Numbered from the stretch's first letter, positions 28,514-38,226 are shown. The stretch: 64,000 nucleotides of DNA from Gaiella sp. (GCA_036265415.1 DATAPC010000085.1:9449-73448), one strand, 5' to 3'. Numbers and translations are program-made. Notes: generated by a model from the letters alone, not told the origin.

Positions 28514-28987
28514 GTGCTGACTGGCGACGTCAGCTCGACGTACACGGACATCGTCGAGACGGTCTTCTCGTCGACGATCGCCGCGAAGGCATGGCTCGCG
28601 ACCGGCGCGGCCGGCCTCGCGGTCGTGCAGGTGCTCACCGCGTCGAGGATGTGGGGGAAGCTGCACCGCGTCGTCCCGCTCTCCTTCCCGACGGCGAAGC
28701 GGGTCCACCGCTGGTCGGGGCGGCTCGCCGTCCTGCTCACGATCCCGGTCTTCTTCCACTGCGTGACGATGCTCGGGTGGAAGACGCCCGATCTGCGGGT
28801 GACGATCCACGTCGTCGCCGGGTCGTTCGTCTACGGCGTTCTCGCGGCGAAGCTCCTCGTGATCCGCTGGACGGGCTATCCACACTGGGTGCTGCCCGTG
28901 CTCGGTGGCTCGCTCGCTGCTGTCCTCGCGACGCTCTGGCTGACCTCCGCGCTGTGGTACTTCACCAACGTGCGCTTCGGCTTCTGA
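28514..28987 (+). CDS. DUF6529-like membrane protein (possible heme-b binder)
   Basis: KAWLAT, VHRWSGRLA..PVFFHC, RVTIH..GSFVYG..KLL, LWLTSALWYF. Confidence 0.75.
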   Translation: MLTGDVSSTYTDIVETVFSSTIAAKAWLATGAAGLAVVQVLTASRMWGKLHRVVPLSFPTAKRVHRWSGRLAVLLTIPVFFHCVTMLGWKTPDLRVTIHVVAGSFVYGVLAAKLLVIRWTGYPHWVLPVLGGSLAAVLATLWLTSALWYFTNVRFGF

Positions 28988-29325
28988 TGACCAGGAGGCA
29001 GGTCGCCCCGCCGGTCGTGCTCGTCGCCGTGACGCTTGCGACGTTCGGGCTCGCGAAGTGGCATCCGTTCAGTCCGTCGGCTGCCCCCGCCGCGTCCGCG
29101 GCGGGTGATGCGACCACGGGACGCAGGATCTTCGTCGTGAACTGCTCCGGCTGCCACGGGGTGGACGCCGGGGGCGGAGTCGGGCCGTCCCTGCACGGCA
29201 TCGGCCTCACGGCACCCGAGGTCCAGCAGATCGTGGCGACCGGCCGCGGCGTCATGCCGGCCGGCGTCGTGAAAGGGCAGGACGCCGCCGACGTGGCGGC
29301 GTACGTCGCGCGCATTGCCCAGTAA
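28987..29325 (+). CDS. Membrane-anchored monoheme cytochrome c
   Basis: NCSGCHG CxxCH, GPSL, GRGVMP axial Met. Confidence 0.92.
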   Translation: MTRRQVAPPVVLVAVTLATFGLAKWHPFSPSAAPAASAAGDATTGRRIFVVNCSGCHGVDAGGGVGPSLHGIGLTAPEVQQIVATGRGVMPAGVVKGQDAADVAAYVARIAQ

Positions 29326-29335
29326 GGTCGGCGCG

Positions 29336-30340
29336 ATGGAGGTGCGCGCCGAGATCGTCCGCCTGTACCTCGCGCAGACGTTCGTGATCAGCCGCGAGTC
29401 GCAGGACTGGGCGGACGTCGTCCACGTGACGGTGACCCACGAGGGCGTCGAGGGGCGCGGCGAGGCCGCGCCGATCGAGCGTTACGGCGAGACCGCGGAA
29501 TCGGCGCTCGCGTTCGTCGAGCGGCACGGGGAGCTGCTCGGGGACGACCCCTTTGCCCTCGAGGAGATCGGGACGCAGCTCGGAAGACTCGAGGGCGAAC
29601 AGGCCGCGAAGTCCGCCCTCGACGCCGCGCTCCACGACCTTCAGGGGAAGCTGCTCGGCGTCCCGGTCAACCGGTTGCTGGGCCTGCCGCGCACGGGCCC
29701 ACCCACGTCGTGGACGGTGTGGCTCGGGGATCCCGACGACATGGCCCGCCGCGCGGAGGCCGCGGCGCCGCGCTTCCGGCGGCTGAAGCTCAAGCTCGGC
29801 GGCGGGGACGGCCTCGACCTCGAGCGCGTCCGGGCCGTGCGCGGCGTCACCGAGCTGCCGCTCCAGGTCGACGTCAACGAATGGTGGACGCTCGACGAGG
29901 CGCTCGACACCTGCGGCGAGCTGGCCACCCAGGGCGTCGCGTACGTCGAGCAGCCGCTCCGGGAGGGCGACCGCGACGGCGCCGAGCTCAAGCGGCGTGC
30001 ACCGCTGCCGATCTACGTCGACGAGGACTGTCATACGCTCGCGGACGTGGCGGCGTGCAGGGAGGTCGCGCACGGGATCAACATCAAGCTTGCGAAGTCG
30101 GGGGGGATCCGGGAGGCGATTCGGATCGCGCATGCGGCACGGGCGCTCGGGCTCGGCGTGATGCTCGGGTGCATGATCGAGTCCGGCCTCGGGATCGCGG
30201 CGGGGTGTGCCGTCGCGCCGCTCTGCGACCACGTCGACCTCGACGGCAACCTGCTCCTCGCGCACGATCCCGCTCCGGGGCCGGCGTTCGTCGACGGCGT
30301 GCAGGTTCCGTCCGAGAAGGCCGGCCTTGGCTGCGGGTGA
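29336..30340 (+). CDS. Dipeptide epimerase (enolase superfamily; L-Ala-D/L-Glu epimerase/DgcA-like)
   Basis: LKLKLG, VDVNE.W, EQP, VDED, INIKLAKSGG, GCMIES, DLDG. Confidence 0.9.
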   Translation: MEVRAEIVRLYLAQTFVISRESQDWADVVHVTVTHEGVEGRGEAAPIERYGETAESALAFVERHGELLGDDPFALEEIGTQLGRLEGEQAAKSALDAALHDLQGKLLGVPVNRLLGLPRTGPPTSWTVWLGDPDDMARRAEAAAPRFRRLKLKLGGGDGLDLERVRAVRGVTELPLQVDVNEWWTLDEALDTCGELATQGVAYVEQPLREGDRDGAELKRRAPLPIYVDEDCHTLADVAACREVAHGINIKLAKSGGIREAIRIAHAARALGLGVMLGCMIESGLGIAAGCAVAPLCDHVDLDGNLLLAHDPAPGPAFVDGVQVPSEKAGLGCG

Positions 30341-31355
30341 GCGCACGCTGATCCTCGCCGAGGGCTTCTCGGCGGACACGCACTACGGCAAGACGATGCA
30401 CGGCGTGCTCCGCTACCGGCGCGCCGACGTCGTCGCGATCCTCGACTCGGCGCGCGCGGGGGAGAGCGAGGCGGGCGTGCCGATCGTGCGCGACGTCGAC
30501 TCGGCGCTCGCATACGACCCCGTCGTCGCCCTCGTCGGCGTGGCGACGCAGGGCGGTCGCTTCCCGCCCGCCTGGCGCGACCTGCTCCGGGGTTGCATCG
30601 AACGCGGGCTCTCGATCGAGAACGGTCTTCACGAGATGCTCGCGGACGACGCCGAGCTACGGCCCCTCGCGGACGCCGCCGGTGTCGAGTTGCGGGACCT
30701 ACGGCGATCGCCGGCGGGCCTCGACTGCGCGACGGGCGCGAACCTCGGGGTCGACGCACGCATCGTGCTCACGGTCGGCTCGGATTGCGCGATCGGGAAG
30801 ATGACCGTCTCGTTGGAGCTCGACCGGGCCGCGCGGGAGCGGGGACTCGCGTCGGTCTTCGTCCCGACGGGCCAGACCGGGATCGCGATCGCCGGCTGGG
30901 GCATCGCCGTGGACGCCGTCGTCTCGGACTTCCTGTCGGGCGCTGCCGAACGGCTGGTCGTGGACGGCGGCCGGCGCGGAGGCGAGCTGTTGTTCGTCGA
31001 AGGACAGGGGTCGCTGATCCATCCCGCGTACTCGGGCGTCACGCTAGGCCTCTACCACGGCTCGGCGCCACACGTCCTCGTGCTCTGCCACCGGGCCGGA
31101 GCCACGGAGATCGAGGGCTCACCCGGGCACCCGATCCCGCCGCTTCGCGAGCTCGTGCGGCTCCACGAGGCGATTGCGCTGCCGCGCCGGCCCGCGCGCG
31201 TCGCCGCCGTTGCGGTGAACAGCTCCGGGCTCGACCGATCGGCTGCCGCGCGGGCGGTCGCGGCGGCGGCCGACGAGACAGGTCTTCCGGCCTGCGATCC
31301 CCTCCGGGAAGGCGCAGAAACGCTACTGGACGCCGTGCTCGAGACGTGGAGCTGA
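30327..31355 (+). CDS. DUF1611 family protein (DgcN-like)
   Basis: GKTMHGVLRY, IENGLH, TVGSDCAIGKMT, TGQTGI, DAVVSDF, VEGQGSLIHPAYSGV. Confidence 0.92.
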   Translation: MAAGERTLILAEGFSADTHYGKTMHGVLRYRRADVVAILDSARAGESEAGVPIVRDVDSALAYDPVVALVGVATQGGRFPPAWRDLLRGCIERGLSIENGLHEMLADDAELRPLADAAGVELRDLRRSPAGLDCATGANLGVDARIVLTVGSDCAIGKMTVSLELDRAARERGLASVFVPTGQTGIAIAGWGIAVDAVVSDFLSGAAERLVVDGGRRGGELLFVEGQGSLIHPAYSGVTLGLYHGSAPHVLVLCHRAGATEIEGSPGHPIPPLRELVRLHEAIALPRRPARVAAVAVNSSGLDRSAAARAVAAAADETGLPACDPLREGAETLLDAVLETWS

Positions 31356-31442
31356 TGCTGTAGGATCGCGAGCCGCTCCGCACGGAGCGTGGGCGACGTC
31401 ACGAGGGGGTCTGCGGCGGTGAGGACGAGGGGGGAGTGGGGC

Positions 31443-32873
31443 GTGCGATCGCTCGCGGCCGTGATCCTCGCGGCACTCGCCTGCGCGGACGTCGCGTCGG
31501 GCGCGGAGGTCGGCGCGAACGACGACACCGGGAAGTTCGCTCCCGACGCGGGGGCGGCGTTCTACGCCGACATGGCGGCGCTCGGTCTGCGCCAGACGGT
31601 CGTCACGGTGCGTTGGCGGCCGAGCGATCCGCTTGCGCTTGCCGAGCGGCCGCTCCTCGACCTGACGGTCGCTGCAGCCAGGTCGGCCGGGCTCTCGGTC
31701 GTGTTCGCGGTGTACCCGTATCCGCCGCGGGACGTCGAGGGAGGTCTCGCGCGCCCCGATGCGTTCGCGGCCTGGCTCGCCGAGCTGGCGCACCGCTACC
31801 CCGAGGTGCGGCAGTTCGTCGTCGGGAACGAGCCGAACCAGCCGGCGTTCTGGCGTCCTCAGTTCGTCCGCGGGAGGCAACAGTCGGCCCGCTCGTTCGG
31901 GCCGTTCCTCGCCGCCGGCTACGACGCGCTGAAGGGCGTCGATCAGGGGATCACCGTCGTCGGGGTCGGGCTCTCGCCGCGTGGGAACGACCGCCCGACC
32001 GCGAAGAGCAACGTGTCGACCTCGCCGGTGCGGTTCCTCGCGGCGCTCGGCGTGTGGTACCGGGCGAGCGGCCGCCGGCGGCCGCTGATGGACGGCCTCA
32101 GCTTCCATCCCTATCCGAACGCGGCGACCGATCCGCTGAGCCGCGGCTACGCCTGGCCGAACGCCGGGTTCGTGAACCTCGACAGGATCAAGCAGGCGCT
32201 CTGGGACGCATTCGCCGGAACCGCCCAGCCGACGACCCTCGGCGGGCTCCGGCTCTACCTCGACGAGGTGGGTTGGCAGGTCGACACGAGCGATCGCGCG
32301 GGGTATCTCGGAGCCGAGAACGTCCCGGTCACGGACGAGGCGGCGCAGGCCGCGATCTACGGCGAGCTCGTGCGCCGGGCGGCGTGTGACCGCGACATCG
32401 CCCAGGTGAACGTCTTCGGCTTCCGCGACGACGCGCTGCGCAGCGGGTTCCAGGCCGGGCTCTTCCGCGCGGACGGCTCGCCGCGTCCCTCGGCGGCAGA
32501 AGTGGGCGGCGCCGTCGCCGACGGCACATGTGTCGACGACGGCGCCCTCCACTGGCGTCCCGCACGTTCGGTCGAAGGTGCGCGACCCGCGGCGCGCATG
32601 ACCCGTGCAGGGCTCGTGGTCGAACTCACAGCGGCGGAAGCAGCCTCGGCGCGGGTGTGCCTGCTCCCGGGGTCACACACGATGTCGAGCGCGTCGCGCG
32701 TGCTGGCCGGCCGCGCAAGCGCGGCGGCGGCATGCGCGACGGCGAGCGTGCCGCAGAACCGTCGGGCGACCGTCCGCATGGTGCGGCCGCTGGGCCCTGC
32801 CACGCTCGCGGTGCGGCTCGTCGCAGAGACGAACTCCGCCCGCTCGACGACGCTCGTTCGACGACTCCGCTGA
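31443..32873 (+). CDS. Secreted clan GH-A-like glycoside hydrolase-fold protein
   Basis: Signal peptide; VVGNEPNQ, SFHPYP, LDEVGWQ, AGLFRADGSPRPS. Confidence 0.7.
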   Translation: MRSLAAVILAALACADVASGAEVGANDDTGKFAPDAGAAFYADMAALGLRQTVVTVRWRPSDPLALAERPLLDLTVAAARSAGLSVVFAVYPYPPRDVEGGLARPDAFAAWLAELAHRYPEVRQFVVGNEPNQPAFWRPQFVRGRQQSARSFGPFLAAGYDALKGVDQGITVVGVGLSPRGNDRPTAKSNVSTSPVRFLAALGVWYRASGRRRPLMDGLSFHPYPNAATDPLSRGYAWPNAGFVNLDRIKQALWDAFAGTAQPTTLGGLRLYLDEVGWQVDTSDRAGYLGAENVPVTDEAAQAAIYGELVRRAACDRDIAQVNVFGFRDDALRSGFQAGLFRADGSPRPSAAEVGGAVADGTCVDDGALHWRPARSVEGARPAARMTRAGLVVELTAAEAASARVCLLPGSHTMSSASRVLAGRASAAAACATASVPQNRRATVRMVRPLGPATLAVRLVAETNSARSTTLVRRLR

Positions 32874-32906
32874 CGGCATCCGCCGGGGAGTCCTCGCCGC
32901 CGGCGC

Positions 32907-32950
32907 TTGACACCGAACACATGTTCTGTCATGATCGAACACGTGTTCGT
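32907..32950 (+). promoter_or_regulatory. Sigma70-type promoter with two LexA (SOS) boxes
   Basis: TTGACA-17nt-CATGAT; GAAC-ACAT-GTTC (32915-32926) and GAAC-ACGT-GTTC (32937-32948). Confidence 0.9.
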
Positions 32951-33200
32951 GAACAGCCTCATCGGACGGACCGCCCTCCTCGTGCTGACCGTCCTCGTGC
33001 TCTGGGCGCTCTTTGCGGGTGAGTCGGGCGCAGGCGGGCCCGAGCAGCGCTACCGCGTGCAGCCGGGGGACACCCTGTGGTCGATCGCGGAGGCGCGCTT
33101 CCCGGGCGATCCGCGTGAGGGCGTCTGGGAGCTGCGCGAGCGGAATCGGCTCGCGTCGACGACGATCGTCCCCGGGCAGAAGCTCGTCGTGCCGTCCTGA
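32943..33200 (+). CDS. TM-LysM protein, YneA/ChiZ-like SOS division inhibitor
   Basis: N-terminal TM; YRVQPGDTLWSIA..N.L....IVPGQKLVVP LysM; SOS boxes upstream. Confidence 0.85.
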   Translation: MFVNSLIGRTALLVLTVLVLWALFAGESGAGGPEQRYRVQPGDTLWSIAEARFPGDPREGVWELRERNRLASTTIVPGQKLVVPS

Positions 33201-33296
33201 CGCCCACCGCCCGCGCGGTAGGGCGCATGATCGGGCGCTCGTCGGTCCTCGGGGCAGGTGCGGCTGCCGCCCCGTAGCGGGATACGATCGGCGCCC

Positions 33297-34277
33297 GTGG
33301 ACCTCGACCTCGTCTTCCTCGGGACCTCGGCGTCCGCCCCGACGGCCGCCCGCGGCACGGCAGCCACGCTGCTTCGGCGCGGAGGCGACCGGATTCTCGT
33401 CGACTGCGGCGAAGGGACCCAGCGTCAGCTGCTCCGCTCCGACGTGGGGCTGGTCGACCTCGAGGACGTCTTCCTCACGCATCTCCACGCGGATCACGTC
33501 CTCGGGCTCCCGGGGATGCTGAAGACGTTCGCGCTGCGGGGCCGCGAGGTGCCCATCACGGTGCACGGACCTCGCGGCACTCGCGGCCTGCTCCGGGCAC
33601 TCGGAGTGGTGGTCGGGAACGTGCCGTACCCGTTCGAGGTCGTCGAGCTCGAGGCCGGTGACGCCGTCGAACGGGACGGCTACCGGATCGAGGCGTTCGC
33701 CGTCGTCCACGGCCGGAGGGCCGTCGGATACGCCGTGCGCGAGAACTGGCGCCCCGGCCGCTTCGACGTCCAGGCCGCCGATGCCCTCGGCGTGCCCGAC
33801 GGGCCGGCCCGGGGTGCGCTCCAGCGCGGCGATCCGGTCACGCTCGCCGGCGGCCGCCTGGTGCGGCCGGACGAGGTCGTCGGCCCGGCCCGGCGCGGCA
33901 GGTCGGTCGTCCTGACCGGCGACACGGCGCCGGCGAAGTCGGTCGTCGAAGCCGCCGAGGGTGCCGACGTGCTCGTGCACGAGGCGACGTTCCTCGCAGA
34001 CGAGCGGGCCCGGGCTCGGGAGACCGAGCACTCGACGGCCGCCGAGGCGGCGCTCGTCGCCCGCGAGGCGGGCGTCGGCCTGCTTGCCGTGACGCACATC
34101 TCCGCGCGCTATTCCGTGTCCGACGTCGCGGAGGAGGCGCGCGCGCTCTTCCCGCAGACGGTCGTGCCGCGCGACTTCGACCTGCTCGAGATCCCGCTGC
34201 CGGAACGCGGGCCGCCGGCGCTCGTCGCCCGCGGCGGCAGACGCGAGCCACGGCACGATGTAGGGTCCCCGGCATGA
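33297..34277 (+). CDS. rnz: Ribonuclease Z
   Basis: FLGTSAS.PT..R, DCGEGTQRQ, THLHADHVLG, exosite arm, GDT, HEATF, HST, THISARY. Confidence 0.95.
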   Translation: MDLDLVFLGTSASAPTAARGTAATLLRRGGDRILVDCGEGTQRQLLRSDVGLVDLEDVFLTHLHADHVLGLPGMLKTFALRGREVPITVHGPRGTRGLLRALGVVVGNVPYPFEVVELEAGDAVERDGYRIEAFAVVHGRRAVGYAVRENWRPGRFDVQAADALGVPDGPARGALQRGDPVTLAGGRLVRPDEVVGPARRGRSVVLTGDTAPAKSVVEAAEGADVLVHEATFLADERARARETEHSTAAEAALVAREAGVGLLAVTHISARYSVSDVAEEARALFPQTVVPRDFDLLEIPLPERGPPALVARGGRREPRHDVGSPA

Positions 34278-34504
34278 GCGAGCTCGTACAGGTCGCAGTC
34301 GCCGGCAGCGTGGACGAGGCCGAGGAGCTGCAGGCGCTCCTCACGCGCGCGGGGATCCCGGCGACGCTCGAAGCCGCGGTCGACGAGCATCCCGAGGCAC
34401 ACGGCGACGCGCCGGTGCGCCTCCTCGTCGACGCCGACGCGCTCGACGCGGCCCGTGACGCGATCGAGGCTCTGACGGAGCCGGACGACCAGCTGCCCGG
34501 CTGA
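34274..34504 (+). CDS. DUF2007-like small protein
   Basis: EAEELQALLTRAGIPA..VRLLV..LDAARDAI; ATGA coupling to rnz. Confidence 0.7.
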   Translation: MSELVQVAVAGSVDEAEELQALLTRAGIPATLEAAVDEHPEAHGDAPVRLLVDADALDAARDAIEALTEPDDQLPG

Positions 34505-34513
34505 TCCCGGGCA

Positions 34514-36553
34514 TCACGACGGCGTGAAGGCGATCGTCGTCGACCCGGCGTAGCCCGGGTTGTCGAGCTCGAAGACGCAGGGGCGCGTGCCGTCGGCGTA
34601 CGGCGGCGCGGCGACGTGGTGCGTCACCGCCTCGCCCGCCGGCGTTTCGAGGCGGTCGACGACGATGCCGTCCACCCGCACCCGCACGGGATCGCCGGTC
34701 TTGCCGAGGATCGTCAGGTCGAGCATCCCCTGACGGCAGCCGTAGACCGTGATGCGCGCCGTCCCGGTGAAGTCGCCGTTCGGCAGGAACCCCTCGCGCC
34801 TCAGGTCGACCCGGACCGGATTCTCGGCCCGCCAGGCAACAAGGCCCTGTGCCTCGCTGTCTCCCACCTGTCGCTCGGCGACGGCCTCTCCGGCGAGGGT
34901 CAAGCTCGACGGCGCCACGACGAGCGCGCGTGCGAGCTGCGACCCGTCCGGGGCTCGCAAGATCCCGTCCGGGCCGACGTCGACAGAGCGCGTGACGGGG
35001 GGGAAGGGCGTCGTCGCGGGCGAGACGCGGATCGCGTCGTCGATCGCGCGGTTCCAGAAGATCGTGCGCGCGGTCGTCGTCCAGAGCTGATCGCCCGTCA
35101 GAAGCAACGTCGCACCCCTCACCGCGTCGTCGAGCCACGACGGCGGATCCGACCCGATCGCGACACGCTGCTCGTGCGCGGAGGCGTCCGCGATCCGTCG
35201 ACCCGAGTCGACGGAGAGGATCGCCAGTCCGACCCCGACGGCGACCATCCCGAGCCCCGCCAGCCGTCGCGGAAGAAAGAGGACGAGGCCCACGGCGGCG
35301 AGCGCCACGACGACGAGCGCAGCTCGGGCCCAGCCGTCTCCGAGCGCAGCGAGCACCGCGGGCGTCGGCGTGTTCGGCAGCGTCGTGGGCGTGGCGAGCT
35401 GGTCGATCGGGACGAGCGCCGCCCCGGCCACGATCGCGGCGCCGGCAGCCACCACGACCCAGGTCGCGCGCGGCGCCCCGCGGGACGACCACACCGCCAG
35501 GCCGACGACCAGCGGTGGCCATGCCGTGAGCAGGTACCGCTCGGCGACGGTGCCGACGAACGCGGCGGAGAAGAGCCCGACCTGCACGACGAGCAGGCCG
35601 ACGTAGGCAAGGGTCGTCGACACGAAGGCCCGGGTTGCCGGGTCGCGGTCGCGCCTCGCGAGAACCTGCCATGCGACCACCGCGGTCGCGATCACCGTCA
35701 CGCCGAGCCCGAGCACGGCGAGTCCGAATGCATGCCAGAGCACCTCGTCGATCCTGTCGCCGGCGACGGTGCCGGCCCCGCCGACCGGTGTGTACGCACC
35801 GAGCAGCCGGCGCGACGACAGCTCACCGCCGGTGCCGAGGATCACCACCGCGACGGCGGCCGCGGCGACGGCTGCGAGGGCGCCGAACCAGAGCAGCGGC
35901 CGGAGCCGTGCACGGTCGCGTGCGGCGAGCGAGTCGATCGCGGCGGCGAGGAGGAACGCCGGAAGGAGGACGAGCGCCTGGAGGCGGACGGCGGCTGCGG
36001 CGGTTGCCCAGGCGACGAAGACGCCGTAGCGCCACATCGACGGCTGCTCGATCGCGCGGGCGAGCATGTACAGCGCCGCCGCGACGACGGTCAGCGTCAG
36101 CGGCTCGGTCATCAGGAAGCCGGCGTAGTGCAGTGCGGGAGCGGTCAGGACGAGCGCGGCCGCCGCGATCGCCCACCGTGTCGAGGCGACGCGACGCGTC
36201 CAGGCGAACGTCGGTACGGCGACGAGCGACATCGCGAGCGTCTGCAGCAGGCGCGCCACCTGGATTCCGGTGTCGAGGTCGAACGCGGCGAGCGGAGCGC
36301 CGAGCAGCGCCGGCGTCAGGAGGCTGTAGTACGGCGAGGGGAGGGTGCGCAGCGTGAGGGTCGCGTGCGTCCAGAGTCCTTCGCCGAGCATCCCGTAGAC
36401 CATCTCGTCCGGCGCGATCCACGGCGTCGTGAACGCCTGGGCAGCGGCGAAACGGATCACCGTCGAGGCGAGGACGAGCCCCCCGACCGCGAGCGCGGCG
36501 TGCGAGGGCCTCCGGCCCGGCGTGCCGTTCGCCACCGTCTCCGAGCCGGTCAC
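34514..36553 (-). CDS. Multi-TM GT-C-type glycosyltransferase-like protein with extracellular C-terminal domain
   Basis: PWIAPDEMVY, FLMTEPL, ERYL; about 12 TMs. Confidence 0.65.
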   Translation of the reverse strand: MTGSETVANGTPGRRPSHAALAVGGLVLASTVIRFAAAQAFTTPWIAPDEMVYGMLGEGLWTHATLTLRTLPSPYYSLLTPALLGAPLAAFDLDTGIQVARLLQTLAMSLVAVPTFAWTRRVASTRWAIAAAALVLTAPALHYAGFLMTEPLTLTVVAAALYMLARAIEQPSMWRYGVFVAWATAAAAVRLQALVLLPAFLLAAAIDSLAARDRARLRPLLWFGALAAVAAAAVAVVILGTGGELSSRRLLGAYTPVGGAGTVAGDRIDEVLWHAFGLAVLGLGVTVIATAVVAWQVLARRDRDPATRAFVSTTLAYVGLLVVQVGLFSAAFVGTVAERYLLTAWPPLVVGLAVWSSRGAPRATWVVVAAGAAIVAGAALVPIDQLATPTTLPNTPTPAVLAALGDGWARAALVVVALAAVGLVLFLPRRLAGLGMVAVGVGLAILSVDSGRRIADASAHEQRVAIGSDPPSWLDDAVRGATLLLTGDQLWTTTARTIFWNRAIDDAIRVSPATTPFPPVTRSVDVGPDGILRAPDGSQLARALVVAPSSLTLAGEAVAERQVGDSEAQGLVAWRAENPVRVDLRREGFLPNGDFTGTARITVYGCRQGMLDLTILGKTGDPVRVRVDGIVVDRLETPAGEAVTHHVAAPPYADGTRPCVFELDNPGYAGSTTIAFTPS

Positions 36554-36649
36554 GGTCGGATCCTCTCCCGTCGGCGTGTGCAAGGTGTGAAGAGCCGCCT
36601 CCGTTGGCCGCGAGCTGGTCGTCGGGAGTGGACGCTAGACTCGCGCCGT

Positions 36650-36682
36650 CCCTTTAAGCCGGTCCGGCGAGGCCGGGAAGGA
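36650..36682 (+). promoter_or_regulatory. PyrR-binding RNA element overlapping the pyrR RBS
   Basis: CCTTTAAG-CCGGTCCGGCGAGGCCGG-GAAGG matches UUUAA and xxUCCnGnGAGGyx; TAGACT -10 at 36636. Confidence 0.88.
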
Positions 36683-36689
36683 GCACGAC

Positions 36690-37286
36690 ATGCCGACCGA
36701 CTCACCCGCGCGCGACGCGGCGCGCGAGATCCTCGACGCGGATGCCCTGGCCCGCACGCTCGCGCGGCTCGCGCACGAGCTCATCGAACGCGCCGACGAC
36801 CCGTCCGAGATCGCGCTCGTCGGCATCCACACGCGCGGTGTGCCGCTCGCGCGGCGGCTGGCGTCGCTGGTCGCCGAGCGGAGCGCCGTCGAGCCCGTGC
36901 TCGGCGCCGTCGACATCTCGTTCCATCGCGACGACGTGATGGTGCGCGGCCGCGCCGAGCCCCGCCATGCCCACCCGGTCGTACGCGGGACGGAGCTCGA
37001 CTTCGCGCTCGAGGGGAGGACGTGCGTGCTGGTGGACGACGTGCTCTTCACCGGACGCACGATCCGTGCTGCGATCGACGCGCTCCTCGACTTCGGGCGG
37101 CCCGACCGTGTCCAGCTCGCGGTGCTCGTCGACCGAGGACACCGCCAGCTGCCGATCCGGCCGGACTACGTCGGCAAGAACCTGCCGACGGCGCTCGGGG
37201 AACGCGTTCGGGTCGAGCTCGTGGAGGTGGACGGCCGGGACCGTGTTCTGCTCGAGCCGGTCCGTGAGGAGGGAAGCGATGACTGA
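36690..37286 (+). CDS. pyrR: Pyrimidine regulator/uracil phosphoribosyltransferase
   Basis: GIHTRGVPLA, LVDDVLFTGRTIRAA, DRGHRQLPIRPDYVGKNLPT. Confidence 0.96.
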   Translation: MPTDSPARDAAREILDADALARTLARLAHELIERADDPSEIALVGIHTRGVPLARRLASLVAERSAVEPVLGAVDISFHRDDVMVRGRAEPRHAHPVVRGTELDFALEGRTCVLVDDVLFTGRTIRAAIDALLDFGRPDRVQLAVLVDRGHRQLPIRPDYVGKNLPTALGERVRVELVEVDGRDRVLLEPVREEGSDD

Positions 37287-38226
37287 GCGCAACCGGCGAC
37301 ACCTGCTCGGCGTCCGCGACCTCACCCGCGACGACGCCGAGCGGATCCTCGACACCGCGCGCGGGCTCGAGCGCTCGCTCGACCGCGAGCTCAAGAAGCT
37401 GCCGACGCTTCGCGGCAGGCTCGTCGTCAACCTGTTCTACGAGTCGTCGACGCGCACGCTCTCGAGCTTCGAGCTCGCGGCGAAGCGTCTCTCGGCCGAC
37501 ACGATGGTGCTTCGCGCCTCCGGCTCCTCCGTCGACAAGGGCGAGTCCCTTCGCGACACGGCGCTGACCTTGGCGGCCTACGACCCCGACGTGATCGTGA
37601 TCCGGCATCCGCACATCGGCGCGCCGCACCTCGTCGCAGGGGCGACGGACGCGCACGTCGTCAACGCGGGCGACGGGAAGCACCAGCACCCGACCCAGGC
37701 GCTCCTCGACCTCCACACGATCCGTGAGGCGCTCGGCCGTCTCGACGGCGTCAGCGTCGCCATCGTCGGCGACGTGCTCCACTCGCGCGTCGCGCGGTCG
37801 CTCGTCGAGGCGCTCGTGCTCGTCGGCGCGGACGCGGTGCTCGTCGCGCCGCCGACGCTCTTGCCGCGCGGGATCGAGGCGCTCGGCTGCTCGGTCAGCC
37901 ACTCGATCGAGACGATCGCCGACGTCGACGTCGTGTACGTGCTGCGGATGCAGGCCGAGCGCATGGAGGCGGCGTACGTCCCGTCGCTGCGCGAGTACAC
38001 CGCGCTCTACGGGGTGTCGCCGGCTCGGGTGCGTCCCGGTCAGGTCGTCATGCACCCCGGGCCGATGAACCGCGGCGTCGAGATCGACCCGCGGGTCGCG
38101 GACTCCGACGCGTCGCTCGTGACCACCCAGGTGCGCTCGGGCCTCGTCGTCCGCATGGCGGTGCTCTACGACCTGCTCACAGCGCCGACGCCGGCCGTCG
38201 CCCCGGCCGTCCTCGAGGTCGCGTGA
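37279..38226 (+). CDS. pyrB: Aspartate carbamoyltransferase catalytic subunit
   Basis: FYESSTRT, KGESLRDT, NAGDGKHQHPTQALLD, MHPGPMNRGVEI. Confidence 0.96.
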   Translation: MTERNRRHLLGVRDLTRDDAERILDTARGLERSLDRELKKLPTLRGRLVVNLFYESSTRTLSSFELAAKRLSADTMVLRASGSSVDKGESLRDTALTLAAYDPDVIVIRHPHIGAPHLVAGATDAHVVNAGDGKHQHPTQALLDLHTIREALGRLDGVSVAIVGDVLHSRVARSLVEALVLVGADAVLVAPPTLLPRGIEALGCSVSHSIETIADVDVVYVLRMQAERMEAAYVPSLREYTALYGVSPARVRPGQVVMHPGPMNRGVEIDPRVADSDASLVTTQVRSGLVVRMAVLYDLLTAPTPAVAPAVLEVA

